In this document: piece by piece, positions 26,895 to 35,634 of the stretch
How the letters are laid out: the number at the start of each line of letters is the position of its first letter
Numbering within the stretch: the first letter of the stretch is position 1
Origin: Bacillota bacterium
Lineage (GTDB): Bacteria; Bacillota; Clostridia; Christensenellales; Aristaeellaceae
Direction: 5' to 3'
DNA: 64,000 nucleotides
Assembly (NCBI GenBank): GCA_023460055.1
Contig: JAEWRJ010000015.1
Coordinates: 2,496-66,495, forward strand
Position numbers and translations under genes: made by a program
Notes under the pieces: generated by a model
What the model saw: the letters and a program-made list of their open reading frames with translations, nothing else
Databases searched by the model: none
What the model was told of the DNA's origin: nothing

Positions 26895-28835
26895 ATGGCA
26901 GAACTACTAAAAAATGGCAATTTTGAAGGATCTAGCCCAATCTGGCAACTTAATGGGTCGGCAGCAATTGTAAGTGATGGACATGCTATGAATAATAGTC
27001 AGAAGTGTCTTCGCTTTATAAATCCAGCGCAAGGAGGAGAGCATTATGCGTCGCAGCCAATAAAGATACAGCCTGGAACGTATGGTCATGTAATTCTATG
27101 GGCAAAAAGAACAGGGAATATGGACCTCTGGGCATCAATTAAGATTGTAAAATCAGGCATGACAGAGTATCTTAAGAGCCCGATTATGTCTGATTATGTC
27201 AATGATACATACAGAACTATGCTCTGGAATTTCGATATCCCAGCCTCAGCAAGCCCTGATGCTGAGGTCAGAATATATGCTAAAGGAATGTCTGGGGCTG
27301 CAGGAACAACATGGGTAGACTATGTGTCGTGTAACGGATCGGAGTATGTACCACTCCCCGATCCCGGCCCGCATCCCTCAGGTATTGACCACCTCGAAAA
27401 TCCCAGTTTTGAGTCTGGCACGTCTCCTTGGACCTTTAGACAGCCGTCTCAGGTTATAACGGATAGCGTCAATGCGAAGAAAGGCAGCAAAGTCCTGAAG
27501 TTTCCTTATAAAGAAATCGCTGGTATGCAAGGCGCGTATCAAACGGTTAGGCTTGTACCCGGCAAAACATATATTTTTTCATTCTACGCAAAAAGAAGCG
27601 GTCGAATGGATATCTGGGCAGCATACTCATATTATGATGCCAGCGGTGCTTACCAAGTTGTGCATGGGCCTTCGCTGTTGAATGCTATACCTGATACCAA
27701 CACCTACAGGAGACAGGAGTACCGATTTACTGTGCCTGAAAGCGCTAAAGGACCATACAGCATATTCATCAATGGAGGAAACACGCCAGGTGATTCTGGT
27801 GTCGTTGGTTATGTTGATGATGCGATTCTTGTGAATACTGATGGCTCTGCACCTCCGTATAAGGAAAAGAATGGCTGGGTAGTTAACGTCAACAGTGATG
27901 GACTAAAAATCAGACATACAGCTAATGGAAGTGAAAAATTCAAGCTTTCCTATGGGGAAAAGGTTCGTATTGTAAATGAGACTCAAGTTGGCGCTGTTAC
28001 CTGGTACAACATTATTGATAGGAGAGATCGGGACGGCTGGGCAGATGGTAGCTATATTTCATTCACCGATCCGTTTCTTGCGCCTGGATTAACATATGTA
28101 CGTGTAATACGTGATAATGCTGAGGTCCTGACTTCTTCTGGCGCTATCATTGATGGCAATCATATTCTCCCCTTACACCGTATCCTGATCGCAGAGCCGT
28201 ACAATAGTGATCTCTACAAAATCAGGTATAGAGGATTAGTTCAATACATAAGGCGGTCGGATTGTGAGGTAATGCAAACTTACCTTTCAAACTGGCATGT
28301 GCCGAGAATAGCGGTGATTGCAGGTCCGGAAGAAGGAAGATCAAATAGCGTGTACTTTGATGGATATGCGGGTGTTACTTATCAATGGTGTCATCGTTTC
28401 GTGGATTGGCTTTACCTGAGCGCATATGTAAATAGGGACCTTATTCCAAACACTGCCGGAACAGCAGAAGGGATCAGATTCTTTATTGAGGAGTATGGTA
28501 GTTCAGGCGGTATAGGGAAAACATTCTGGTTTGTGAGTCAGTCTCTCAAAAACAACTTTTTAAACGAGTACACAACTATCAATGTCCCTCATGGATTAAC
28601 TGATGAAGAGAGAAACTTTATTCCACAGGAGGGCGATTATATATACTTCAAGTTTAACAATGGTGTGAATGAGGTGGTAAGCCACGTGGGATATGTGACG
28701 GGTGTTACCTCGACTCATGTTAATACGATTCAGGGAAATGTCAACAACATGGTCGTTAGAAGGGGATATAGCCTGGGAGACGTTACTATTTTGGGATATG
28801 GACGTCCTAAGGTAGGATATCAAGATCTGGGTTGA
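26895..28835 (+). CDS. Leaderless cell-wall hydrolase: two CBM4_9-like modules, SH3b modules and a C-terminal CHAP-like domain
   Basis: MAELLKNGNFEGS..W and ENPSFESGTSPW start two CBM-like modules. SH3b shows GLKIRHTANGSE...WYNII and YVRVIRDNAEV. CHAP-like YQWCHRFVDW ... SHVGYVTGV...IQGN. SD AGGAGGAA upstream. No signal peptide. Confidence 0.75.
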   Translation: MAELLKNGNFEGSSPIWQLNGSAAIVSDGHAMNNSQKCLRFINPAQGGEHYASQPIKIQPGTYGHVILWAKRTGNMDLWASIKIVKSGMTEYLKSPIMSDYVNDTYRTMLWNFDIPASASPDAEVRIYAKGMSGAAGTTWVDYVSCNGSEYVPLPDPGPHPSGIDHLENPSFESGTSPWTFRQPSQVITDSVNAKKGSKVLKFPYKEIAGMQGAYQTVRLVPGKTYIFSFYAKRSGRMDIWAAYSYYDASGAYQVVHGPSLLNAIPDTNTYRRQEYRFTVPESAKGPYSIFINGGNTPGDSGVVGYVDDAILVNTDGSAPPYKEKNGWVVNVNSDGLKIRHTANGSEKFKLSYGEKVRIVNETQVGAVTWYNIIDRRDRDGWADGSYISFTDPFLAPGLTYVRVIRDNAEVLTSSGAIIDGNHILPLHRILIAEPYNSDLYKIRYRGLVQYIRRSDCEVMQTYLSNWHVPRIAVIAGPEEGRSNSVYFDGYAGVTYQWCHRFVDWLYLSAYVNRDLIPNTAGTAEGIRFFIEEYGSSGGIGKTFWFVSQSLKNNFLNEYTTINVPHGLTDEERNFIPQEGDYIYFKFNNGVNEVVSHVGYVTGVTSTHVNTIQGNVNNMVVRRGYSLGDVTILGYGRPKVGYQDLG

Positions 28836-28852
28836 TTATAACAGGTAGATAA

Positions 28853-28893
28853 ACAGGCCCTGATGGTAATAGCTTGTTACCATCAGGGCCTGT
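28853..28893. terminator. Perfect 17-bp hairpin shared by a convergent pair
   Basis: ACAGGCCCTGATGGTAA-tagcttg-TTACCATCAGGGCCTGT. Confidence 0.7.
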
Positions 28894-28895
28894 AA

Positions 28896-29657
28896 TCATT
28901 CAATATACATCTGCATGATGAAGCAAACGAAACCGTTTGGGTACCTGATTTCATACCATCCATCCAGAACAGCAATACACTCTACATACGGATTTTTCAT
29001 GGTCTTAGGCGAATCACTTCCTTCAGTAGGAGAGGAAAGAGATGGATATGAATGAAGGAAGTACGTCCATAAACTTTGATCGAATTTTATTTTACCGATT
29101 GTGGGGAAATTGAAATAATTGCCATACATATCATTTAGCAGAGTATCCTTCTTCATAATAAAGCCATTTACATTTCCGAGTTCAATATAGAACCAATTAT
29201 CAATTTCACCATAAATGCCAAGAATTGTACCATCGAGATAGGTAGCAATGACCTCAGCCTTTTCATCAGCTACATCATATACTTTGATCTCACCGGATTT
29301 ATCGAAGGCTGAAACAGTCGCAATGGGGGTCTCTTGTTTAACATCTAAGTACTTCACTTGATCCATATTTACATCGTCCCGACGCATATAACCGCTAATA
29401 TCGCTTAGTTTTGTGTCAAAGTATTCGGAGCTTCGGAAAATAATGTAAACCCAATCATCTAACTCATCATAGATACCGAAAGTAAACCCGTTAAACAAGT
29501 TGAGCGTGATGTCAGATTTAACGTTTGGGGCCTTATAAAGAGGGGCTGTCGACGAGTTCTCGACCTCGACCGATCCCAAAGACATTCCAGCCGATAGAAC
29601 ATCCGGCGCAATAGATAGAATCAAACATACTGATAAGAGGAAAGATAATGTCTTCAT
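28896..29657 (-). CDS. Secreted protein made of three SH3b-like repeats
   Basis: ATG at 29657 with SD AAGGAGAA. Signal peptide MKTLSFLLSVCLILSIAPDVLSA. Repeats end in WVYIIF.., WFYIEL.., WYEIRY... Confidence 0.7.
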   Translation of the reverse strand: MKTLSFLLSVCLILSIAPDVLSAGMSLGSVEVENSSTAPLYKAPNVKSDITLNLFNGFTFGIYDELDDWVYIIFRSSEYFDTKLSDISGYMRRDDVNMDQVKYLDVKQETPIATVSAFDKSGEIKVYDVADEKAEVIATYLDGTILGIYGEIDNWFYIELGNVNGFIMKKDTLLNDMYGNYFNFPTIGKIKFDQSLWTYFLHSYPSLSSPTEGSDSPKTMKNPYVECIAVLDGWYEIRYPNGFVCFIMQMYIE

Positions 29658-29700
29658 GTCGCTTCTCCTTAAATAATCAATGGTCATCGTTCTGCATATA

Positions 29701-29730
29701 TATAACGGGGCAACATGCTGATTTGTTGCA
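29701..29730 (-). promoter_or_regulatory. ECF-type promoter variant (TGCAAC-N17-CGTTATA) directly upstream of gene 28896-29657
   Basis: The minus strand reads TGCAAC (29730-29725), 17 nt, then CGTTATA (29707-29701). The ATG is about 45 nt downstream. Confidence 0.4.
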
Positions 29731-29848
29731 TTATTTGTTTATTTTGGTGAAAGAGCCATAACACCTAATGAAAATATAATCCTTTATCTACCATTTGGGG
29801 ACAGAAATCTGTATAACGATGGCTTATTATACCGTGCTCCGACTATTT

Positions 29849-29883
29849 CTTCACTCCCTCTCTGATTACGAATCGCTTAGCTT
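29849..29883 (+). promoter_or_regulatory. CTTCACT-N22-TAnnnT motif upstream of the pseudogene fragment and hydrolase gene 30167-31081
   Basis: CTTCACT (29849-29855), 22 nt, then TAGCTT (29878-29883). Confidence 0.45.
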
Positions 29884-29940
29884 GTAGAAGCAGAGACGCT
29901 CGGCTGGCAATGGAGATTAGACTGGAATAGGAGTAACGAG

Positions 29941-30050
29941 ATGACAGATCCAATTATCTCAGGGGTAGGCCCAAATAGTCAAGCGACTCTGCAGAATATA
30001 CATTTAGGATAGAAGTACTTTCAAAAAGACTTGAACAGCACCTTCGCATT
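29941..30050 (+). pseudogene. Truncated, nonsense-interrupted 5' copy of the PG_binding-hydrolase gene family
   Basis: About 80 percent nucleotide identity by eye to 30167-30270. It translates MTDPIISGVGPNSQATLQNIHLG*KYFQKD against MANPNISGSGPNSQATLQNIHLGQKYFQKD. TAG at 30010-30012 replaces CAA, and similarity fades after about 110 nt. Confidence 0.7.
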
Positions 30051-30166
30051 GTTGCGCCTTTTTGAGCAGCTATTACACTTCTATCACGTTCTGAGCTCAT
30101 TTATTCTTTAGTTAGCTTAAATGTGTGGCCAGCATTATAAGCAAACAATAATAAAGGTGAAATGAA

Positions 30167-31081
30167 ATGGCAAATCCAAACATCTCAGGGTCAGGACCTA
30201 ATAGTCAAGCGACTCTGCAGAACATACATCTGGGTCAAAAGTACTTTCAGAAAGATACTGCGACAGCGCATTCGCAAGTACAACTGATGCAAGATCGGCT
30301 TACTAACCTTGGCTATAATACCAAGGGAGCTGATGGCAAATTTGGCGATAACACTCTGGCAGCGGTTAAGGCATTTCAAAGCGCAAATGGTTTAACTGCT
30401 GATGGCAAGTTTGGCAGATTGAGCCTTGAAAAGCTGGAGTATTGGCTTGGTGGTCATCTTGACCCTGGGCAAGGAGGGTGTGTAGGCGGAGGTACTCCGC
30501 CTACAACAGGCAATGATACTTTTGACAGCTCTGTGCCTGAGGATAAGTATAAGGTGCTCACGTCAAGTTGCGAAAGAGTCAATAACTACTCCACGGCACT
30601 CTCTCGTATAAACAATTATATTGGTTCAAGCGGCGTTATTGTGACGCAGTATTTTCAAGAACTTGATCGAATTGCACGAGATACGAGCACTACTTACAAT
30701 ACACATGATTGTGCAGGATTTCTTTATGCTGCCAGAGGTAAAGTTGGTTATAAAGGCTCCACCTCGAATCTTTGCCTTGATAGTATTTACATGGGTTATA
30801 TTGCTGACCTTGGTGGATATAACAACCTGATTCCTGGTATGGAGATACATCAGGGGTGCCGTCATAGAACTCAGTCTTCTAAGTATTACTCCAGTCATGT
30901 CGGCGTGTACTTTGGCAAATATGACTTTGGTGACGGTAAAGGTCTCCAGCATGCTGTGTATCAATCTGGCCCCAGCTACAGTGTGTTGAAACGAAAATAC
31001 AATAAACCGGGCGGCCCTGAACTGACCAGCATGAACTCAAACTGGAACTATTGGTCATGGAATAGATACGTCACTCGTTAA
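30167..31081 (+). CDS. Leaderless PG_binding_1 plus NlpC/P60-like peptidase
   Basis: PG_binding_1: LMQDRLTNLGYNTKGADGKFGDNTLAAVKAFQSANGLTADGKFG. NlpC/P60-like HDCAGFLYAARG ... SSHVGVYFG ... HAVYQS. No signal peptide. Confidence 0.75.
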   Translation: MANPNISGSGPNSQATLQNIHLGQKYFQKDTATAHSQVQLMQDRLTNLGYNTKGADGKFGDNTLAAVKAFQSANGLTADGKFGRLSLEKLEYWLGGHLDPGQGGCVGGGTPPTTGNDTFDSSVPEDKYKVLTSSCERVNNYSTALSRINNYIGSSGVIVTQYFQELDRIARDTSTTYNTHDCAGFLYAARGKVGYKGSTSNLCLDSIYMGYIADLGGYNNLIPGMEIHQGCRHRTQSSKYYSSHVGVYFGKYDFGDGKGLQHAVYQSGPSYSVLKRKYNKPGGPELTSMNSNWNYWSWNRYVTR

Positions 31082-31094
31082 GATACCCCCTAGA

Positions 31095-31120
31095 CCACCT
31101 GCGCTTTTGCAGGTGGTTTT
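31095..31120 (+). terminator. Terminator between a convergent pair
   Basis: CCACCTGC-gctttt-GCAGGTGG followed by TTTT. Confidence 0.7.
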
Positions 31121-31135
31121 CCAATACATTTTGTA

Positions 31136-32326
31136 CTATTTTATCAGTGTGTATTTGTGCATCAAAATAGCCGCATTAGTCACCGTCTCATCTTGAGATG
31201 AAAGAATAATGAACTCATCCTTATTATTGGTTGCTACATTCGGATATCGAACTGACTTAGCTAACTCTTCAACCAACTGCATATCACCATTTTTTGTAAT
31301 ATGGTACAACTTAGGAGGATCGGTACGAGCGTAAGAATCAGTAAGGAAAACAATACCATTGTTGAGACTGATAATAGGCTTGACAATATGTTCTGAGGTG
31401 ATTGGCAACTTTGATTCATGCTTTGTCATTAAATCCAAAGAATCAATTACTGAAATGAAAATAGACTTAGTAGTGTCATAATCATTACTGAAAACAAAAA
31501 TACCATCACTACTTTCGATTGCATTTTGGAAAGTACCAGGGAGAGGAATAAGGTATGTAGCAGTCAAATCACAACGATTATCAATCAATGCAAGCATGAT
31601 TCCATCGAAAGCCATATCTCCGAAGAATAATGTGCAACCATTTTCACTTTCAATAACATTATAAAGAGTATATTCATTTTCAGTAATGTGATGAACTTTT
31701 GACTCGCCACTAAAGGTGTTTATTACTTCAAACTTCGTGGAGCGCGGTATATCTGGTTCCTTGAAAGCCTTAATGGTAAACGAAGCAGTGTAATACGAAG
31801 TACTCACATCTGCTTCATCTCGCGTTTTGATTGGACCTTGATGTAAGACTTTTCCATCATAATCGATAATGGTTTCTGTAAAGTAAGTTAATGAGGAATC
31901 ATCATACACAACCAAACGCAGCCCTTCTTTTTCAATGCTTACATCATATGACCGAAGCATATTGTCAGCTGCTTCAGTGAATAAAAAGAACTCCCACAAC
32001 AACTCGCCTCCTGCATTGATACATACCATATACTCATTAGCAAAGTTATCGTTAATCCGAATGATTGAAAATACAATGTTGCCATCTGGGAGGATGATCG
32101 GTTCTTCCATTCTGCCAAACCCATATGCGTTCACCGGCAGTTGCTTTTCTACCGAGAGCATGATTGATGAACCAATGTTAAGGATTGCATCAGAGTGATC
32201 AATGTTATTTGCTTCTGCCTGTACAGCGTATGTGCGGCCGAAAATACCACATAATATGATAAATGAAAGGACTAAACAAGCGATACTGCGAAGAATATTG
32301 GTTGAATCTGAAAGCTGTGTTATCAT
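31136..32326 (-). CDS. Secreted or anchored protein of unknown fold
   Basis: 396 aa. N-terminal hydrophobic segment IACLVLSFIILCGIFG followed by AVQA-E. SD AGGAGGAAAG upstream. No other motif recognised. Confidence 0.7.
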   Translation of the reverse strand: MITQLSDSTNILRSIACLVLSFIILCGIFGRTYAVQAEANNIDHSDAILNIGSSIMLSVEKQLPVNAYGFGRMEEPIILPDGNIVFSIIRINDNFANEYMVCINAGGELLWEFFLFTEAADNMLRSYDVSIEKEGLRLVVYDDSSLTYFTETIIDYDGKVLHQGPIKTRDEADVSTSYYTASFTIKAFKEPDIPRSTKFEVINTFSGESKVHHITENEYTLYNVIESENGCTLFFGDMAFDGIMLALIDNRCDLTATYLIPLPGTFQNAIESSDGIFVFSNDYDTTKSIFISVIDSLDLMTKHESKLPITSEHIVKPIISLNNGIVFLTDSYARTDPPKLYHITKNGDMQLVEELAKSVRYPNVATNNKDEFIILSSQDETVTNAAILMHKYTLIK

Positions 32327-32390
32327 GACTTTCCTCCTGCATTACGCTTTACAGCCATTAATTAGCTCAGCGTGAATCAAGGTTGACCCC

Positions 32391-32419
32391 ATTATAGTGT
32401 GAAGCAGGGAATGAAGCAA
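32391..32419 (-). promoter_or_regulatory. Sigma-A-type promoter for gene 31136-32326
   Basis: The minus strand reads TTGCTT (32419-32414), 17 nt, then TATAAT (32396-32391). Confidence 0.5.
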
Positions 32420-32584
32420 CATTTCGGTGAGGTGGAATATCGCTCTAACCAAGTTAAATAACAAGAAGTATCTTTCCTTTAAAAACCTATTTTCACCCAA
32501 AGATGATAAGCAATGGTGTAACGAAGATAAGGTGTGTTTTCAGGCGATAGAAACTTGACGCTCAGAAATTTTACGTTCAAAAAA

Positions 32585-32613
32585 TGAGACAAAACCAGCT
32601 TTATATCGTTATA
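32585..32613 (+). promoter_or_regulatory. ECF-type promoter (TGAGAC-N16-CGTTATA) pointing at 32779-32955 and 33077-34141
   Basis: TGAGAC (32585-32590), 16 nt, then CGTTATA (32607-32613). Confidence 0.45.
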
Positions 32614-32778
32614 TATATAGATGACATAGTCATTGACGCCGAAACAGGAAGTTAACAGATATTGCCCATACAAAAGATGGGTACATGGCATGAATCGCAC
32701 CTGAACGCGCGTTATATGATTGTGCAGGCTGATGACACGCTAAAAGAGGCGTAGTCGGTGGAAGGAGATAGTAGTTGT

Positions 32779-32955
32779 ATGTCTGAAAGATTTATCACCA
32801 GAAAACAGAAGCATAAGAGATTTGAGGAAAGGAAAGGAAAGTGTGCTGCTGCTTTGGTTATTGCTGCAGCTTTGCTTTTGACAATAGCCCAGTCCGCTCA
32901 CAGCGAGTCATTGAATAAAAGGCCGTTGCATGATTACGGATGCTCAAGGATTTGA
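32779..32955 (+). CDS. Possible small secreted-peptide precursor (58 aa)
   Basis: ATG with SD GGAAGGAGA. Basic N-terminus (KQKHKRFEERKGK), hydrophobic core AAALVIAAALLLTIA, SAHS-E cleavage-like site and a 16-17-aa tail ESLNKRPLHDYGCSRI. Confidence 0.3.
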   Translation: MSERFITRKQKHKRFEERKGKCAAALVIAAALLLTIAQSAHSESLNKRPLHDYGCSRI

Positions 32956-33076
32956 TATGAGAAGCAATTCTTGCACCCAAAGTACATTTGATGGGTCATG
33001 GTGTTAACTCTGGTATCGATGGCTAAAGGGATAGACGCATTCTCGGCATTACGCTTAAATCTAACGGAGGCTATAC

Positions 33077-34141
33077 ATGAAGAAATTGACTCAAACAATC
33101 GTGCTCCTTTTCCTCGTCAGCGTTGTGATGACCGCCTCTGCTAATCAGTTTAACGTTCACGGGGGCCTTTATGACGCCCTTGTTGAAAAGCTTAAAATAT
33201 ATGACGGCTATATGGCTGATGATAAATCACAAACATCTCCGGACAAAAACACTAACATTGCTATTCTGTTCGACTATTCCGGAAGTGATCATGCCCAGCT
33301 TTTAATTGGTAAGCAAGTTGGCAAGAAGTGGGAAATACACCATTCGTCAACAAAAGCCGTTTATCAAAAAGGGGTTAAGCCCTCAGTGGAGCTAATTAGC
33401 AGCGTAAACGGTGGTTTCATTTTAAAGTACCAAGATGAACAGTATGAGTTCCTTCCAAACGATCAAGATCAGTATATCCTGACTACTGCCGATATTGCCG
33501 CGGTTGAGTACAATCTGGACAAGACAGCTGGGATTTATCATGTTAAGAGCGCAGACCAGGCAATAGAGTGGCGCGCAGCACCGATTACTCTCGATGATTT
33601 TAACATTACACTGTTCCCAAAAAGCGTCAATGAAGCGCAGGCATACAATGCAATTTATGGCAAGCTCTCATCTTTGTCATTCTCAGCAAGAAACAGAGAA
33701 ATTCTTATGCAACATGCTGGCAGTAAAACGACCGCCGTCTATTCAGCGCCAAGTGAGCAATCCTATCGAGCGTCAAAGGGAAAAGCTGCTGTTAATTTAG
33801 AAAGTAGCTTATGGCTTCTTGGAACTGAGGGGGACTGGGTTCTGATTAGATACGCCATCAACAATAAGTCTGAGCGCATTGGTTATGTCCAATCCAGGCG
33901 ATTCGCTTATTTGCCCCCTGATATCAGCATTCTTGATGACACAGAGTTTGTAAACCTCATAGGGTCCAATGATTGTTACATGACACTTGACCCGATCAAT
34001 TCCCAATCAAAAGAAGGTATCGTATCAAAGGGGGACACCATAAAGGCTTATGGATTATATGATCCCTTCTATGTGTATGTCGAAAGTTCAATATCCGGCA
34101 AATCCGCGCGAGGCTTTGTGCCAATCAATGCCTTACAGTAG
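33077..34141 (+). CDS. Secreted protein with two C-terminal SH3b-like modules
   Basis: Signal peptide MKKLTQTIVLLFLVSVVMTASA-N. SH3b-like ...GDWVLIRYAINNKSERIGYVQS and ...FYVYVESSISGKSARGFVPINAL. SD ACGGAGG upstream. Confidence 0.75.
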   Translation: MKKLTQTIVLLFLVSVVMTASANQFNVHGGLYDALVEKLKIYDGYMADDKSQTSPDKNTNIAILFDYSGSDHAQLLIGKQVGKKWEIHHSSTKAVYQKGVKPSVELISSVNGGFILKYQDEQYEFLPNDQDQYILTTADIAAVEYNLDKTAGIYHVKSADQAIEWRAAPITLDDFNITLFPKSVNEAQAYNAIYGKLSSLSFSARNREILMQHAGSKTTAVYSAPSEQSYRASKGKAAVNLESSLWLLGTEGDWVLIRYAINNKSERIGYVQSRRFAYLPPDISILDDTEFVNLIGSNDCYMTLDPINSQSKEGIVSKGDTIKAYGLYDPFYVYVESSISGKSARGFVPINALQ

Positions 34142-34367
34142 GGATGAGCAGTGATGAAACCAATGGGATAGCTTTTGCAATTCTTGTTTACGCTTGGTTG
34201 AGCATAGTTTATGAGAACGGTAACAATGCTATTATTCATTTTAGATAACAAACATCCTTTGCTTTTGATAGCGGTTTTAAGGCTTTCTCTATATAGCAAA
34301 AGAGGTCTCTTTCCGCTAATGTCTTTTTGCACCAGATTTTCTATTGGTTTTTGCACACTAAAGCGGA

Positions 34368-34408
34368 CAAAACTGCCACAGGTTCTGTAAGAACCTGTGG
34401 CAGTTTTT
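34368..34408. terminator. Bidirectional terminator (14-bp stem) between a convergent pair
   Basis: AAAACTGCCACAGGTTC-tgtaa-GAACCTGTGGCAGTTTTT. Confidence 0.75.
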
Positions 34409-34413
34409 CTTTA

Positions 34414-35244
34414 TTAGCTAAATGCTACTTCAAATAGTTTTTGTTTTGTCTGGTTACCCGCCACACCATCTGCTAGCAAACCATGTGATTGCTGAAAGGC
34501 TTTCACTGCTCCTTCGGTTCCTGTGCCATACTTTCCGTCAGCACCAGCTGAGCCACAACTGTAACCTTCCCCAATGAGGTCTGTTTGCAGGTTTTGCACA
34601 TATGCATTGTAAGTATTTGATATCCTTAAAATGGGTGTTCCATAACGTTCCTGCCATGTTGTTGAAGGCCCAGGATTAGTAGATCCACCTTCACCCAATA
34701 GAATCGTACCATCAAATTTGCAGAGAATCGTATCGGAGAGGGTGTAATTCCATACTTCGTCATTTTTTGCCGCGCTATGCGCATATACGTAAATCGTTGT
34801 TCCAACAACACGGCTAACCATACCAACATGTTTTGCGTCACGGCTTGCCTTGTCGCCGGTCCCGCTTAGAGCGAAGACAAGGTCACCACGCTGCAATTGT
34901 CCGACTTGGCTATTAGAAAGGAATGTATAGGGCATACGAGGATACCCACTATTGTTGTACTTAATGAACAAGCGTAAACTATTAGCTCCTGCCCAGCTAC
35001 CACTCTTGCTAGTCAATGCTGCACCAGGCGTATTGTAGTACCATGAATCGTAAGGATTTACATCCGTGGTATATTTCATGGGCATTCCGCCACCTTCAAA
35101 CATGCACTGAGATACAAAGTTAGCACAGTCAGAAGTGTTGGGGTTGTTGTCATTGTCATAATCGACATAACGAGGGTTATGTCCTTTGCACCATTGTGCA
35201 GCATACGTTATCGCTCCATCACGATTGTAGGATTTCTGAGACAT
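34414..35244 (-). CDS. Leaderless Amidase_6-like (putative amidase, NlpC/P60 clan) plus C-terminal PG_binding_1 protein
   Basis: ATG at 35244 with SD AAAGGAGGA (MSQKSYNRDG...); the ORF track extends to 35310. SDCANFVSQCMFEGG ... KHVGMV. C-terminal GADGKYGTGTEGAVKAFQQSHGLLADG. No signal peptide. Confidence 0.75.
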   Translation of the reverse strand: MSQKSYNRDGAITYAAQWCKGHNPRYVDYDNDNNPNTSDCANFVSQCMFEGGGMPMKYTTDVNPYDSWYYNTPGAALTSKSGSWAGANSLRLFIKYNNSGYPRMPYTFLSNSQVGQLQRGDLVFALSGTGDKASRDAKHVGMVSRVVGTTIYVYAHSAAKNDEVWNYTLSDTILCKFDGTILLGEGGSTNPGPSTTWQERYGTPILRISNTYNAYVQNLQTDLIGEGYSCGSAGADGKYGTGTEGAVKAFQQSHGLLADGVAGNQTKQKLFEVAFS

Positions 35245-35316
35245 ATAATGTCCTCCTTTGAATAGTTTTGGTATGTGCGTTTTCCTTGCTGTCCAGCTTT
35301 GGCTTCGCACACCTAA

Positions 35317-35351
35317 AGACTACTCTCGATAAAACAATTAAGGGAGTGAAG
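35317..35351 (-). promoter_or_regulatory. CTTCACT-N22-TAnnnT motif upstream of hydrolase gene 34414-35244
   Basis: The minus strand reads CTTCACT (35351-35345), 22 nt, then TAGTCT (35322-35317). Confidence 0.45.
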
Positions 35352-35452
35352 TAATTATCATATATTGCGAAAGATATACATGCCCACTTCACATATATCA
35401 ATAGACGTAGGCGTCAAGCATTAGTAATAAATTACGAAAGCATTATTTGATA

Positions 35453-35482
35453 TGCAAGAAAGACGTATTTTCGCTCGTTATA
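35453..35482 (+). promoter_or_regulatory. ECF-type promoter variant (TGCAAG-N17-CGTTATA) pointing at gene 35635-36762
   Basis: TGCAAG (35453-35458), 17 nt, then CGTTATA (35476-35482). Confidence 0.35.
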
Positions 35483-35634
35483 TGTTGAAGGGTATTTTAG
35501 GAAAGGAGTACAATGGGGATGTGCAAGCATAGAAGCTTGTTTACTTGAGTGTTTATCGGTCATTATGAACCAGATAAAGCTCAATTGCATGTAGGGGAAA
35601 ATTCATTAACTTATATGGTAAGGGAGCGTCGAAG

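Noticed and set aside
32479-32700. 73-aa minus-strand ORF
   Set aside because: It covers the duplicated regulatory module and ECF promoter. It has no SD, and its sequence is conserved as DNA with the 23.7-kb copy rather than as protein.
32710-32716. Additional CGTTATA heptamers at 32710-32716(+) and 29812-29818(-)
   Set aside because: The expected -35 positions read GCATGA and GGAGCA, which match TGAGAC/TGCAAC poorly. They were not counted as members of the ECF promoter family.
34069-34356. 95-aa minus-strand ORF between 33077-34141 and the terminator
   Set aside because: It overlaps the 3' end of the plus-strand gene, starts downstream of the terminator of the neighbouring minus-strand gene, and has no SD. 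It is probably spurious, although the 220-nt untranslated tail after 34141 remains unexplained.
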